Shown: one piece after another, positions 22,173 to 36,789 of the stretch
How the letters are laid out: every line of letters begins with the position of its first letter
Position numbering within the stretch: the stretch's first letter is position 1
Source of the DNA: the human T2T-CHM13v2.0 reference genome, Homo sapiens
Direction: 5' to 3' (one strand)
DNA: 64,000 nt
Assembly: GCF_009914755.1 (NCBI RefSeq)
Contig: NC_060936.1
Program-made: the position numbers and the translations under genes
The notes under the pieces: model-generated
Told to the model about the DNA's origin: nothing
Databases searched by the model: none
The model's input: only the letters and a program-made list of their open reading frames with translations

Positions 22173-22546
22173 AAGCATTTTACATATGGGAAACTGAAGC
22201 ACAAGGATGTTGAATAAATTTGCCATCAGGGTAAATGGCAAACCCAGGGCTCTAAGAGACATTTTGTCTCTTAACTTCTGCTCTAAGCTCCTATGTCATA
22301 TTGCCATAGGTCTGACACTGGTCTTTAATTCTTTGGTGTTTATATGCTGCCCTTCTTGGTGCCAAAGTATTTTGATTGATATATTGGACTCTCAGCCATT
22401 TGTCTATTTGACCATCTTTTAATTTCTAACAGCATAGGTTTTCATTTTATAAGTCACAAAATAAACACATTGAGGGAGTCTTTGTTGATGCCTAAATTTG
22501 ACCACTCTTTTGTACTCTCTATATACTTTTATAGCGTTTATATATT

Positions 22547-23128
22547 TATAATCAATTACCCCCATATTCCCAAGCAAAAGATAGTATTTTTTTTAATCTT
22601 TTCTCCATTTCCCCCTATTTTTCACTTCCTATTTAGCCATTTAGAAAGGCAATTATTGCCTTTTATCTCCCCCTCTCCAGGTGCTCCCTACAGGACAAGT
22701 TCATCTAACTATGTGCTTAAAAGCTTCAGAGTGGAACTCTCCAACCAGGAGACTACCTTAAGGGCCAACAGTCCATTTACAAACCAACATGTGCTCTTTG
22801 CTAAACTCTTTCCCCCTGGAGAGTTATGGGCACCTTTACAACCTAGCTCTGCCCATGAAGATGCCAACTCAACTGCTCGGTAGGTAAGGTACAGAAGCCA
22901 GTATGCAGACCCCTACACCTGCTTTCTTCCTCTTCTGCATGCCATTCATGCTAGTTCCCCCCTTTTAAAGCCACCTGTTTTCTGCTTCAAAAGCAAAGAG
23001 GTATCCTTAAGTAAACAGGCCTGTACTTCAGCTAGCTTTGGAATAAACTCATTGTGTTCATACCACACCCCACTCTTGTTAATTGTCCTCTGCAAGCTGT
23101 GTGTGGCTAAACCTACATTTTGGTTACA
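22547..23128 (+). mobile_element. LTR47-like (ERVL) solo LTR
   Basis: ctccctacaggacaagttcatctaactatgtgc core, AATAAA at ~23042, ends tttggttaca. Confidence 0.7.
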
Positions 23129-24801
23129 TATACATACATTTTACTGAGTGCCTCCACTGTGACAAGCATTGTTCAACACTTCACATAGATAATTAATGAA
23201 TTGAAAATGGATTATTAAATATTGGAATAAAAATGTCTTTGAATGTTAAAGTTTAAAAACAGAAGATTAAGTTATTCACATATTGTAATGTCTTAGGGTG
23301 GTTCTTAACTAAATTACAGAAAATAAATTTGGTAAATCTTACATATATTTGTATATATCTATATATACAAATACACATACATATATGTGGCATTTTTAGC
23401 TTACCATAATTGTGTAACTTAAGCTCAGACTTAAATCAGTAGGACCATTACTGATAGCTCATTTAATATTTGCTCACCAAATAAAGTCAATTCCAATCAT
23501 TAATAAATATCATTACTGGGATGAAAATGAACAACTTAAAGTGTTTTAGATAGCCAATATCAGTTAACATTATTTTGTCTTTAAGTTCCCAAATTATTCA
23601 ACATTTTTAAAAGTACTGATTTTTTAACTTAGTCTTGAGGAGCTCAAATAATGTGCCTTCCATTTTCTTAGTGATAGTGCAAAACTTACTTCTCTTTAGT
23701 AACATGTTATTATGAGACTGGTATACTGTTTTCTTAGGGCTTTCTTGAAAATTACGCTTTCTCTGAATTACGTAATACTCCAGTGGTTTAAAAAGCTAAT
23801 ATTCTGTTTCTCTTCAGACTCTAACATACTCTGAAGTCACGCTGGAACTAAGGAGTAAAACCAATGAAAATTAAAGCTGTTTTCTAAAATGAGGTGTTTT
23901 TTTTTTCGTTACTTTTTCCTTATCCTAAGGTAATGGGTATAGATGAATGTCTTTGCCACATGAATATGAAAGTATGAAAGCCTGATAAGATATTTTTCTT
24001 GTTTTCTCATCCCAAGAAAAAGAATATCAATAGAGAATATAGGTATGTCTATATTTTCAATAGAAAACATGTAAAATATTTGACTTTTTTCTTCTGTGAA
24101 TTAGTCAAACTTAACTTGTAGGATAAATGTTACTCTAATTGATTTAATAAATGTTCATTAAACTTTGGCTATGTACATTGTACTGCTGCACATTGTTAAC
24201 GATGTCACAAAGCTCGGGGTGAGTTTCTGCCTTTGACAAAATATAAATTCCTATGTCTGGGCACTCATTTGTAGAGGTTTTGTCTCAAAATGTACTAGCC
24301 TACCAAGAGAAGGTATGAGGCACAGTTTAAGTACCATCAATAAAAGTTCGAAGTTTTGACAATGGCACAATGAGATCTTTCATGTGGCTTTTAAGACTTA
24401 ATGGGTGTCTTAGCGGGGAGGGAGGGATGAAATAATACAAATATATTATCTCTGAACTGTATACGTAAAAATGGCAAAGATAGAAATTTTGTGTTATCTC
24501 AATTAAGAAAGTATAAAAGAAAAAAATTTAGAAAATAATTTAAAAGTGCCATTAAGAGCCAAAGAAGAGCCAAGGTGATAATTAGATAATATAACATGGA
24601 TTGAAGAGTCAAAGAACCATAGTCTTATATTAGATGTCAAGGAGCATACAGAATTTTGTGAGAAAGCAGAGAAATGAGTCTAATGACCCACAATGAGTCA
24701 GGGTTGGGCAGAGAATAGTAGAAATACGACATATGAAATAAAGTGCTGCAACTTAGCTTTCCTTCCCAACATGAGAATGGTACATTAAGAGTAAATGCTT
24801 G

Positions 24802-25170
<369 letters not shown>

Positions 25171-27714
25171 CTAACTTTTAAAATATATACATGTGGCTAA
25201 GGTAAAATGTGTTGTCACAAATCAAGGCAGATTTTTTTTTAAGTTTATTTAGAAATTCTGGCCTAATAGGGGTGTGGGATGCTCTTGTCAAACCCTGTTT
25301 TAAAAGCAGTAAGATAAATACTTCTTTTGAGCTTGAATCAGATGCACTAGAAAAGCCAGTACATTCCACTTACATTGATAGCCAAACTGGGGTGGCTTTG
25401 ATCAGGCATTTTGTGGCGTTTGAAAATATAGTCATATAAGTGTGCATTTACAAATGTTATATAAATAGCTCAATCTATTACAGTTGAAAAATCTATTTAA
25501 AGAAAAAAAATCTGCTATTGAACAACCCACACCTGATTTAATGCTCATGACAGCTCTCAGAACCTGTTAACACTGCCATTTTATCTCAGCTTCCTTCGGA
25601 GTGGGCATAATATATTAGCTATGTGTTGTGGCCTGATGATGAAAGCTGAGATAAATTTTGGGGTCTCTTAAACCTTAAAGGATAAGTCTAATCTTTATTG
25701 TCCTTTTTAAAAAAAGTCTAAAGCCAGTGGGAAAAAGCCATATGGTACTCCAAACCACAAGGGAAATTACACTTCTTTTTATAAAGCATTCCCACTAGAA
25801 AAAAAGAGTAACCTTCTGTTTATCATTATATTTTATGAGGTAACTTCAATGAAATCATGGAAGTATTATCACATGAATAGCAAATGATAAAATCTATTTT
25901 GCCAGGGCCCTCAAAGGATAGGAAATTTGGAGTATGGCACAATTGGAACTTATTTTCCACACTGCAAATGAGGTTTGAGACGTGGTATGGGTGACTGACA
26001 GAGGGTTTCTTGCCATCAAAGAAGATGGTCAACATCTTCAAAACTTTTATGTGGGATATGAGGGTATATTTTACATGCCCAATTCAGCAACTAAATTGCA
26101 CTTTAATACAGTTTACATTGATATTTTATGTGGGCAGAGTTTTTCTGAGTTGATTCAAATGTTGGCTCAAATGTTCCAATGTGTGAAGGAAGTACCAGCA
26201 AATATGCACAAGGGAGTTCACTTTAAAAAGAGTACATAGTGAAAAATTTGAGTAAAATTGATGAAGTCATAGCAAGGGTATTTTCCATAAGATGAAAACT
26301 ACCAGCTCTGTTGATTCATTTCCTTTGGAAAATGGAAGATCAAAGAAAATCTTTTAGTAGAGTGTTTTTGTTTAAATATAAAGATATCATTGCAATAATA
26401 TCTGTTTCTGCTTCTTTCCATATGTTCCTTTATTCATTCATTCAACTATGTGCTATGTGTCACTTCCATAATTATAGTAAGAGCAGTCAGCATTTATATA
26501 TCCCTATTGTGCCACTGAGCAAGATAGGTGCTCCAAGCCAATCTTCAGCCATGAGAAAACTACAAGCTAAGTGTTCACATTTTACAGCTGAGGGGCATGA
26601 AGCTTAGTAAAGTTTTGGTAGTAATTTTCTTAACGTGTGTTATTAAACCAATATTTGAATCTAAGGTATCTGATTCTATAGAACAAATCTTAATGGCTTC
26701 TGTATGTGCAAAAACCTTGTGTCTCAAGAGAGATGCAGACAATTGTTTGGTTCAGTCAACAAAAACAGAACATTCACAAGGAATGGATAATTTACTAGAA
26801 AAAAGGAGGAAACTTGTGGATTCTCTAAAAAAGGGACATAAATTCAGTAGTCAAGGGTCACTTTTTAAATAATCATTATTTAAAAAATAGTATTAGTTCA
26901 CTACACCAATATAGTACACTTCACAGATGATTTCCTACTTCTAAAACTGTTGAAATGCACAATGTATTATGGCTAACTCTTCTTTTTGACTTAAGCTAGA
27001 GAGCAAGAATATTTTAATTTTCTCACTGTGAAGCAAATAAACCCATGTATAATTTACCTATCATCAAAGGCAGTCAGTTTTAAATAAGAATTAAAAATAA
27101 TTTTTTCATTTGAAATAGTTACGAGCTAAACAAAAAGCTATCTAATTATAACCATAAAAATGTTTTATATGTAAAGTAATGACTTCATCTGAGAACAAAG
27201 TATTTATGATCAAATTTACATTAGTTATCACTCATGAGCAGTTTAAAAAGTTTATATATTTCTGTCTAGACGATTTTGTCTTTCTAAATTACTCCATACC
27301 CAGCCACCAATAATAGTATTTTCTCATTTTTAAGTGACCAGTATCTATAGAAAACAATGCCTTGGATAAACAAGTTATAACCTTATAAAAATGGTATCAT
27401 TTAGGATTTGTTACCCACATGAATTTATTGAAAATTAAAATAAATAACCCTTTCCTCCCTCCCTCCAAATTTGTGAGATGTCTCCTCATTGCTGGAAGGA
27501 ATGCAAAATGATACATTCACTTTGGAAGACAAGTTGGCAATTTCTTACAAAACCATTCTTTTAACACAGAATCCAGCTGTCACACTCCTTAGTATGTACC
27601 CAAATTACAGGTACATTAATGTTTATAGCAGCTTTATTCATAATTGCTAAAACTTGGAAGCAGCAAAGTAGAAGACTGAATATGACTTGACTGACATTTT
27701 CTGACTTTTAAAAT

Positions 27715-27884
27715 TCAAAACCCAAGGAATGTGGACAGCAAATGTGAGCAGCACCTGGAAGGTAGGGATGTCTCTGTGGCTACAGCCAGCAAGCAAATAA
27801 GGACCTCTATCCCACAACCGTAAAAAAACAATGCTGCCAACAAACTGGATTAGCAAGGATTGGATCTTCTCCTAGAGCCTCCAG

Positions 27885-27938
<54 letters not shown>

Positions 27939-28045
27939 TTGCTGACATCTTGATTTAGCCCCATGAGACCTATTCTCATCTGACCTACAGAAGTGTCCAA
28001 TAATAAATTTGTGTTGTTAAGTTGCTAAGTTCGTGTTTTTTTAAG
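27715..28045 (+). mobile_element. MLT1 (D/E-like) MaLR LTR fragment
   Basis: ttctcctagagcctccagaa...tctgacctacagaa...taataaatttgtgttgttaagttgctaagtt. Confidence 0.75.
27887..27935. repeat. (AC)~24 perfect microsatellite
   Basis: Uninterrupted AC run. Confidence 0.98.
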
Positions 28046-28049
28046 GCAG

Positions 28050-28850
28050 CAACATAAAAATAATTTAGTTTGGTACTTAAGAAACTGTAGATTTTTAGTT
28101 AGTTTCAATTATGTTAAGGTTATTGGTCTATTTAAGTTTTCTTTTTCTTTTTAGGATCAATTTTGAGAAATTTGTTCTTTTCACATGGTTTTCACATTTA
28201 TTGGAACGATATTATACACAGTAGTCTCTTGTTATTTTTGTAACTGTGAGGTGTAATTGGCTAAATTAAACTGCATGTATTTTATAACTTGTTGAATTTT
28301 GACCTACACATATGCCCATGAAGTCACCACAATTAGAATAGTGGAAATTCTACCATCCCAAAAAGTGTCTTCATGTTAATAAGTTCTCTCTCTCCTCCAC
28401 CTCATTACCTGGCAATGATTGATCTGCTTCTACCAGTATAAGTTAATTTGTGTTTGAATTTTATAAAAATGTAATAAATAGCATGCAGTTTGTCTGGCTT
28501 CTTACAACATAATTTTAGGATTCATCTATGTTTTAACATCTTATAAATTAGTCCTTTGTATTGCTAAGTTATTCCATTGTTTGGATATAGCATTTGGTTT
28601 ATTCACTCACCTAATAATTAATGGGTTCTTTACAGTATTGGTTATTAAGTATAAAACTGCTATGAAGTTTTATGTACAAGTCTTTGAGTAAACAGGTTTT
28701 CATTTACCTTGAGTAAATTCTTAGAAGTGAAAGGAATGATATGATGTATATTTAACTTTGAGAAATTAACAAACTTTTTCAAACAGGTTATGACTTTGCA
28801 TTCCTATCAGGCAGTATATTGCGTGTCCGTTACTCCATTTCTTATTATTT
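28050..28850 (-). mobile_element. Old L1M (MC/ME) 3' fragments
   Basis: T-rich decayed L1 3' motifs (attccattgtttggatatagc, aactgctatgaag). Confidence 0.6.
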
Positions 28851-31522
28851 TAAGTTTGTTTGGTAAGTACTCAAAAGAAACATTAATACATATGCACAAA
28901 TAATATTTAATAGTATAGTTGTTACAACTTTAAATATATACCAGACTTTAAGTGTTATCCTTATATTAACTAAGAAAAAGTTTAACAAGTTGACTACCAA
29001 TAAAAGAAATTCTTACTTCAACATTCAGACAAATCCCTGGATATTTAAATAACAAGCACTCCAAAATACATTGAGTAAAAGTAAAAATCAAATTTTAATA
29101 GGAATATATTAATATAAAAACCTTATATAAGTTCTTTATATTTTTGTGTATGCATGAATGCATATAAATGTACAGATAAATCTTAGAAGTACACTGAAGT
29201 GTAACTAGTTATTGTAAGGAGGCAGCAGAGGTAGGATGTGATAGGGAATGATTATCGAAAGGTTTAGCTTTATTTGTAATGTTTTTAAAAATTTTAGGAA
29301 GACTGTTTTGCTAAACTGCTTATGTATTAAAAAAGTAATTTGAAAAAGTGGATGAAAAGGGAGAAATTCAGAGAAACACTGGTTCTAACACTATATTAAA
29401 GATTTCATGGTGCCATCTATGCTTTTTATTCTAATTTTCATAAAAAATCTGAGACAATCACTAAGTTAGATGGTCACAAAAGAGTTAAATTTGAAAACTT
29501 GTGAATTGCTGATTCCACTAAATTGCACTAATTTTACCTTCGAAAATGTACTTCTAAAGGTTTTTTTTTTTTTTTCTTAGGGCTAATGAATATATATTTA
29601 GGGGCTTTGAATTAGACTAAATTCTTTGATATAATTTTCAACCAGGTCTAAACACCATTGAAATCTTTAGGAGAAAATTCTTGTTTAATGTTAAACAGGT
29701 ACATGATAAATAAGAAAATAGAAGGCTCAAATTAGTGGCCAAATATTTAAATAGATTTAGATTAAAGAAGAGTGAAAATGTAAAAAACAACAACAAAAAA
29801 CAAAGATAAAAGGAAATAATAACCTCAAATAAATTTGGAAGTGTATCCCAAAGAAATCATTATATCTTTCAAAAAGACTATTTCTCTGCTTTACATTTAA
29901 AAATCAGTTTGTATCAAATGTCATTATATTGTACCTACAATTTTTCCTAAGAGAAATAAATAAAGTCATTATCATGAAAAATTTCCCTTTATCAGAAACA
30001 CTTAAAGGAAAATAGATGTTGCTTCTGTACTAACATTTACTGGATTTGAGAGAATATAATCCATTTCTTCAGTGTTCCTGATTTCTGGTTCTATTTTCCA
30101 GAAACCATAGTCAAATTATTAAATGGCCTTCAGCAGAAAATAATCCATATCGTTTGTCTACCTGGAAACTGATAGGATATTTTGTTTTGATCCTAAAAAA
30201 CAAAACAAAGCAAAACCCATGAAATCTCAGAAGAAATAGCACCAGTTTATCGAGGTAGAGATAGAGAAACAGTGTGAGAGAAAGAGAATGAACTCTTCCA
30301 ACATAATAAGCAAGGCATATTTTTAAATAATTTTCCATTCCCTAAACTCTCCCCACTTCTGCCCTTCATTTCTCTGGTCTAATATCTTGCATTAAGTCAT
30401 CATAAGCAAAAGTTTTCCTTTCCCTGCTAAAAGATTTATAATAATGTATTTAAAGTTTACTGGATATTAGAAGCTAAAGATAAAGCCTGTGTTCTCCATC
30501 CTCTATCCTATTCATCATTAAAAGAACAAAAAGTTTTGATTTTGATCATGAAGAGGATAAACTGAAAAGGGTACACACGCACACACTAACTAAACCTAGA
30601 AGTTTTAGTTAATACACTTGATTTACTTGAGAAAATTGATAATTATAATTAATCTTTATTTTAAAAATCTATATTTTTTTTCCTGAAGAAATAGGAGCAA
30701 ATGTTGAGAATAAAACAAAGGTGATTTTTGAGTAAAAAAGAAAAAAAAATCTTCTTTGGGGGAAAAAAATAGATGTATCCCAAATGTAGAGTTAGGACAA
30801 ACTATTAAGTTATAAAAAGGAAATTTGGAAATCAGAATAAATTGAGGAATAAGCATTTTAAGCTTTTTTTAATCCAAAGTTTTCACATCAATTTAGAATA
30901 AAAATGTTTCATGTTATATAGATCAGAGAAGATTGTGATAATTTCAGCTTTCAAACAGTTGCTTTCCTACTGGAAAAACATGCCTACACATTGGGCATGG
31001 GTTTGATGGATTTACTGAATTAATTCAATATAACAATCTGTCAGTTTATTATTTTTTAATAATTTACTTCAGAGTACTGTCCACACTTAACTATGTTTAT
31101 ATAATAATAATCATGCATTAAAACAAAGCTGTAATCAGATAAACTAAGGTGTTAGAAAGGACATAAGCCTTCATATCAGATAGACCCAGATTCAACTTTA
31201 TTCTCTGTAACTTACTGGTTATTTGATTCTAGACAATTCAGTCTTTCCCAGTGTCTTGCTTTCTGTGAAAAGGGCAACTGGAATGTATCTTGTAGTTGAA
31301 TATGACAACATTTGGATGAAGTGATCAATATATGACTGGCCCATAGGGAAATTTCCACTAATGATGCTTCCTGTATTCTATTCCTTCTTTTCCTTAGAAA
31401 ATTAATAAATAATAAATAAATAAATATATTTTATAAATACATCCATTTGCATGGCTTAAAATTCAAAAGGACAAAAGGAAAAGCGAGGCATCTCTCCTTT
31501 TTCCCCTTCTTAGTGATCATCA

Positions 31523-31825
31523 TGAGACAACCAACCATAAAGGGATCCTCAGCTACAACCAGGCTGCACACTGGGGGAATACGGTGGACGCACCCAAGTT
31601 GGCATCATTTGTAGAGGGGAGGAGCCTGGCCCCTGCTGTTCCTGTGTGGAACCTGGGATTCAAACTGAGATGGGGGCCTGTTAATGGGATCCCTTCTTGA
31701 TTTGCTGTATTGTTTTTCCTCTTTTCGTTTTCACCCAATAAATTCTGTAACCCCTCATTCTTCAAAGCCTCTGTGTACCTAATCTTTCCTGGTCGTGTGA
31801 CAAGAACCTGTATTTTCCCAGAACA
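31523..31825 (+). mobile_element. MER61-like ERV1 solo LTR
   Basis: TG...CA; ggggaggagcctggcc...ggaacctgggattcaa; tcacccaataaa; cctggtcgtgtgacaagaacc; 4-bp TSD atca/ataa. Confidence 0.75.
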
Positions 31826-33559
31826 ATAATGTAACTCGTTTCTCATGTAGCTTCTGGAGACTTTTTATGCATGTACAAAATCAAACACACGTTTTCTGTC
31901 TTGGACACTAATAGTAGTAAACCAGACACACAGTGATGTGCTTTATTTTTACCTGTCTGGAGACCTTGGAGACAATTTCTTGGTTAATAACTTGTGTATA
32001 CACATTCTTGCTTACAGGAGCAGAGAAAGGAATAATGTTTTATATCTTATAATTTATAATATTTTATGTTATACCAGCATCTGCGTTGTGAGTTGTCCCC
32101 AGGATTAAATGAGGTAATATGTGTCTAGGCCTTAGTTCTGTTCCTGGTACACAGTAAGTGTTTAACAAATGGTACAAGCTATAACAAGTACTATTCATTA
32201 TAGAAATAATTGTTATTGCTTAGTTCTGTGCCAAATGATGAGGATTGTTAGAGGTTGTGACACATATATCCTGTTGAAACTGGAATTATCTATTTAGAAA
32301 TAGTTATACCATCTACTCTTCTCTTAAAGCTTGGTAAGCAGTGACCAGTCTGCTGGATCCTGAGGCATATTTTAATCAGTACTTTGGCAGATTTCCTGAA
32401 AACTCTAAAATTTTTCCTTTTAAGCATGGTAAAGTGTTACTTGAAGTCATAAAAGCAACAAAGAAGCCTGTTCCTACCCCCTCATCTTCATTAAGACAAT
32501 TTAAATTATAATACTACAGTGTTCAAAAAAAGTAACTGAGCTTCTGAAAGGTATTTTCTAGTAGGAAAGTCTCTAATTCAAGATGTGTCAGCATTTGATC
32601 ACCTAGAACTTGTCCTTTAATGGAATCTTAAACTTCCTTTTCTTTTTCCTGGGGACTGATTCTGTGTAGACTGAAATAAGCTTAGCACACAGAAAGAGGA
32701 TGATTTCATTTAGGTAGAATTTATTTGATAGAATATGAAGGAACACATATTTGGTTTTAAACTCCAAAAGAACCTTGCAATTAATATTCAGAAGAAAAAA
32801 ATAATGATGCATAATAATCTTTATAAAATTTATCAAATGTTTTCTTGTAGGTTATTCTAAGCTATTGTCAAGTTTAATTAAAGTAGATTTCCTTTTGGAA
32901 ATGATATTTTCTGATGACACAGCAGTAAAACAAATCACTACATGGAATTTAGGTTTCAGTGATTTTTTTGTTTCAGGTTAGGACTTTTTGGTGAAAGGAA
33001 AATCATTTAGAAATACTTATGCATTTTATTTTCACATTCTGACCTTACTGAGATATTAAACAAGGCCAAAGAGAGGTCATGTTAATACTACTTTATAGAC
33101 AAAAATTAACTTTATAGCGGTTTGGGTCTTAGGGCCCTGTAACAGACACTGAAAACACACACTAGAATACCATTTAAAGGGTGAATAATATATTCATTTC
33201 CTGGAGAATGTGGATATCCCTAAGAACATAACGTATAGAAGTAGTGTTAACTATATCTTTATCCAAACCAGAGAATCTCTTTAGAGAATTGATTATTGTG
33301 TCTCAAATATTTCACCTTAAAATTTACTTGTTACTAGAGGAATTACCTGCTTTCAAAGGAAAAATAGACATGAGAGTTAAAAGAATATAGAAAAAGAACA
33401 CTAAACATATTTCTTTGGCGCTTAAGCATAGAGAAGCAGACCCAAAGATAATTTCTTCAAATGTTAAGTTAGATTAGATTGTTTTGCCAGTTGATTAAAA
33501 AGTTTTATGGAATGTTTCTGCTTACTTCACCTCAAAATTCTCGGTCTTGGCAATATAAC

Positions 33560-34180
33560 TGAATACTTATTGCACAGGTTCTGGACCTAGGCTTCCTGGA
33601 TTCAAAATCATGTTCTACAACTTACTGTGAATTTTGAGAGTTACTTAAAATTTTTGTCTCTATTTCCTCTTATGTAAAATAGGGATTGTGATAATAAAAG
33701 TACCTACCCCATTGAATCATGGTGACAAATGAATCAAATGCATAAAAAACTTGTAACAGCAGCTAGGCCATGGTTATATGCTCTGTGAGTTATTTACTTG
33801 GAATATGTAAAGAAAATCTTTGTTTTCATTGTTTATTCCTGTTATAAAATTATAAGATTCCATATTGGAAAAGCTCTTATAAGGAAGTCCCTAAATCACA
33901 ATTTGAGAGACCTCAATATTAGTAACAATAATAAGAAGCAGAATAAAAGTAAAGATTGCATAGTTCTTAACTGCTAATGATTGTGCAAGATGCTATACAC
34001 ACACTTTATTCTTTAAACTTTGCATATACTATGAGAAATAGTTATTTCTATTTTACAGAGGAAGAAAACTTAATTATGTTTAATAATGTCCCAGTGGTCA
34101 CACAGGTAAGAAAAACAGTCAAAATTGGATTCCAAGATTATTCTTTTCAAAGTTTATGCTTAACAACTAAGATAGAGTTT
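33560..34180. mobile_element. Two MIR fragments in opposite orientation
   Basis: MIR core motifs (tgtaaaatagggattgtgataataaaagtacctacc; ttttacagaggaagaaact). Confidence 0.6.
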
Positions 34181-36789
34181 GCCAGATAGCAACCACCATC
34201 ACACTTCTTGCCATTTTGTTGTATGGGAAATAAGGGGAATTATTATTTCTAGGGAATTAAGATGGCACCAAGTCTTTAAAATAGAGGAAATATAAACTCA
34301 GGATTGGTTACTTACATGACAGAAGAGCTGAGAAGGTAAAAAGGAGACCAAAGAGTCTATCCAGAGATTAGCAGCAGCATAAAGCCAAGGTGGAAGGACA
34401 AAAGGAGAGGCCCCGGTACCAGAACCAAGGGACAGTGATAATATGACTTAATGTAACCTATAATCAAGGTGGGCCTGATCTGTGAGAAAGAAACACAGTC
34501 AATGTCAGAGATAGATACCACCTGAGGAAAATAAAATGGGAAGAAATTCCCTGTTGTACTCCTACATCTCCCCCTCTAATCTTCCACCAATAACTCTCAT
34601 TGGCCAAAGCTAGCAAGAAACCCACTAACATGGAAACCTGGGAGCCAGTGGTATAGAGGGTCATTCTATCTTAACACAAAGAAATGCATGGGAGGATAAA
34701 CAAATAAATGTAATGGCAATTAGGCCTAGATCAACTGATTCTATTCTCTTAATCTTTTCTTCCAAAGACTAATAATTTCATTTAAATAAAGATCTCTCAT
34801 ACAGAAACTTCTTAACATTATCTGAATAGAACTTAGAATAGTCATAAATAGAAAGTAGTCATAAACTTAAACACAATGAAAAAATACAGTAACTATCTTT
34901 GAAGTCAGACAGACGAAGACTCAAATATATTTTCTATCACCTATACTGGTGGTTTTACCCTGGAAAATTAATTCAGTCGCTTTCACTTTTCTGTTATTAC
35001 CTATAAAAAGAGAAACTGAAATCTACCTGGGGCCTACAAGAAGAACATTAATAATTATTAAGTACAAAAATGAAATACGTTCCCTGAAATAACAAAAAAA
35101 ATTGGTAGAAAATTTAAAAGGGATTAACTTTCCCAATTTGTGCATCAATATTATTCAGTGATGCATATACATAGTCCCAAATCATCTTGTGAAACACTGC
35201 TCAGAAATGCCAGGCAATATTGTCTCTCTCAATACGTAAATGTTATCACTTTTGTATTAATTCTGGATATACTGATGCTTCAAAGCAATACAGATTTAGT
35301 TCTTCCATATATTTGTCAAATATATGCAGTGTGTAACATATTTATCTATATGATGTATTGTCCTGCGTTTTAAGATTCTATAAATAACATCTATGTTTAC
35401 AGGCAAAATGTCATTAGCGCATACTTAATTTTAGTGGGCTTTTGAGAATCATAAAATTTTAAGAAAACAAGTTGTAATCAGGAGTTTAAGCAGAAAAAAA
35501 ATTTTAAAGAGAAAGCCAATTGCATAGGAGAGTGGAAATTAAAATCTTAACATAAAACCTTAATCATGACATTTTATCTAGCTTTTAAACCCTTAGTTTA
35601 TTAACATTTCTAAATTGCAGAACACAGGGCCTTCCTTTTAATCAACAGAGAGGCTGATAGCTCTAGGGAACATAGTCACTTTACCATACAATTTTGTGTA
35701 GATGACTGGAGTTGAGGGCCTCAGCTCCCTTCTAGTCATTTAGATGAAACAATAGAACATCAGTGAAAATAGACCCCTCTGGTTTTCAACAAGGGCAGTG
35801 ATAACCTGGCACACTATCGCATGAGATGGAGAAGACTACAGTAGAAATGCACAGTAGGGTTGCTACCCAAAAATAAAAATAGAAATTGGGAATTCAAGTT
35901 TCAACTACTTCAAAAAATTAATCTAAAATGTTTAATGTCCTTTTCTGAAACCTTTGAGCAAAATAACTTTAACTTCTATATTATGATATTCCAAGAGGCT
36001 ATTTTTCCAATGATTTTGAGTAATTTGTACAAACAAACCCACAAAACTTCTGTAGCCTCAGTTTGTAATTTTATTATATTCCATACCATTATAAATACCA
36101 TTCTTGTTTGTCTGTGCCTCTTTTTACTACTTTAAACAGAACAGTACATGAAGGTTGCTTCTATGATATGAAATGTGAGAATTTTATACCATTCTTTATG
36201 ACTTTTATGCAAGTGATTAAGAATTTACATCTTAACATGGATAACCACAAAACAATTTTTGAAAACATTTGTGATATCTGGATGAAAAGGTATAAGACCA
36301 TCACTGAACACATATCTACTGATGATTGGACAAATCATTCTGATGATTAAATCAATTTTCTGTATTGCCATGGAATGTACATAAACACACGTATAACATT
36401 GTTTAAAAAAACAAAAACAAACAAACACCATTGAATGCCCATTATTTGGCTCTAAACCTTACCATCAGACTTAGTTCTTGATTTCATGCCTCTCCACCAT
36501 GGACCTTAGGGAACTGATAGACTGATCCCTGGGATATTTTACCCATTCACATCTATCTTCCCTTGTCTGGAATAAAATAGCTCTTTTTTAGTCTAACACA
36601 AATATCATCTATTCGTGCCACCTTCTCTGATTTCCCTTAGAAGAATGGATTGTATGCCACTACATGTCTATTCATGGCATAATACCACTGTAACACGTAT
36701 CAGAATCTGACATCCATTAGAGTTGATAGTGATCTGCTGGAGAGGAGGGGTGCATTTTCAGGTACTTTATTCACCTAGTAAGACTCAAA

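Noticed and set aside
25982-26872. Three consecutive + strand ORFs of 85-98 aa
   Set aside because: Non-ATG or weak starts, no recognisable domain, lengths expected by chance
31523-31825. p53 response element in the MER61-like LTR
   Set aside because: No paired RRRCWWGYYY half-sites seen in this short copy
32603-32690. Minus-strand PRKKKRK NLS-like peptide after an acceptor-like tttcag
   Set aside because: Comes from a T-rich tract, ends in a stop, weak donor, no homology recognised
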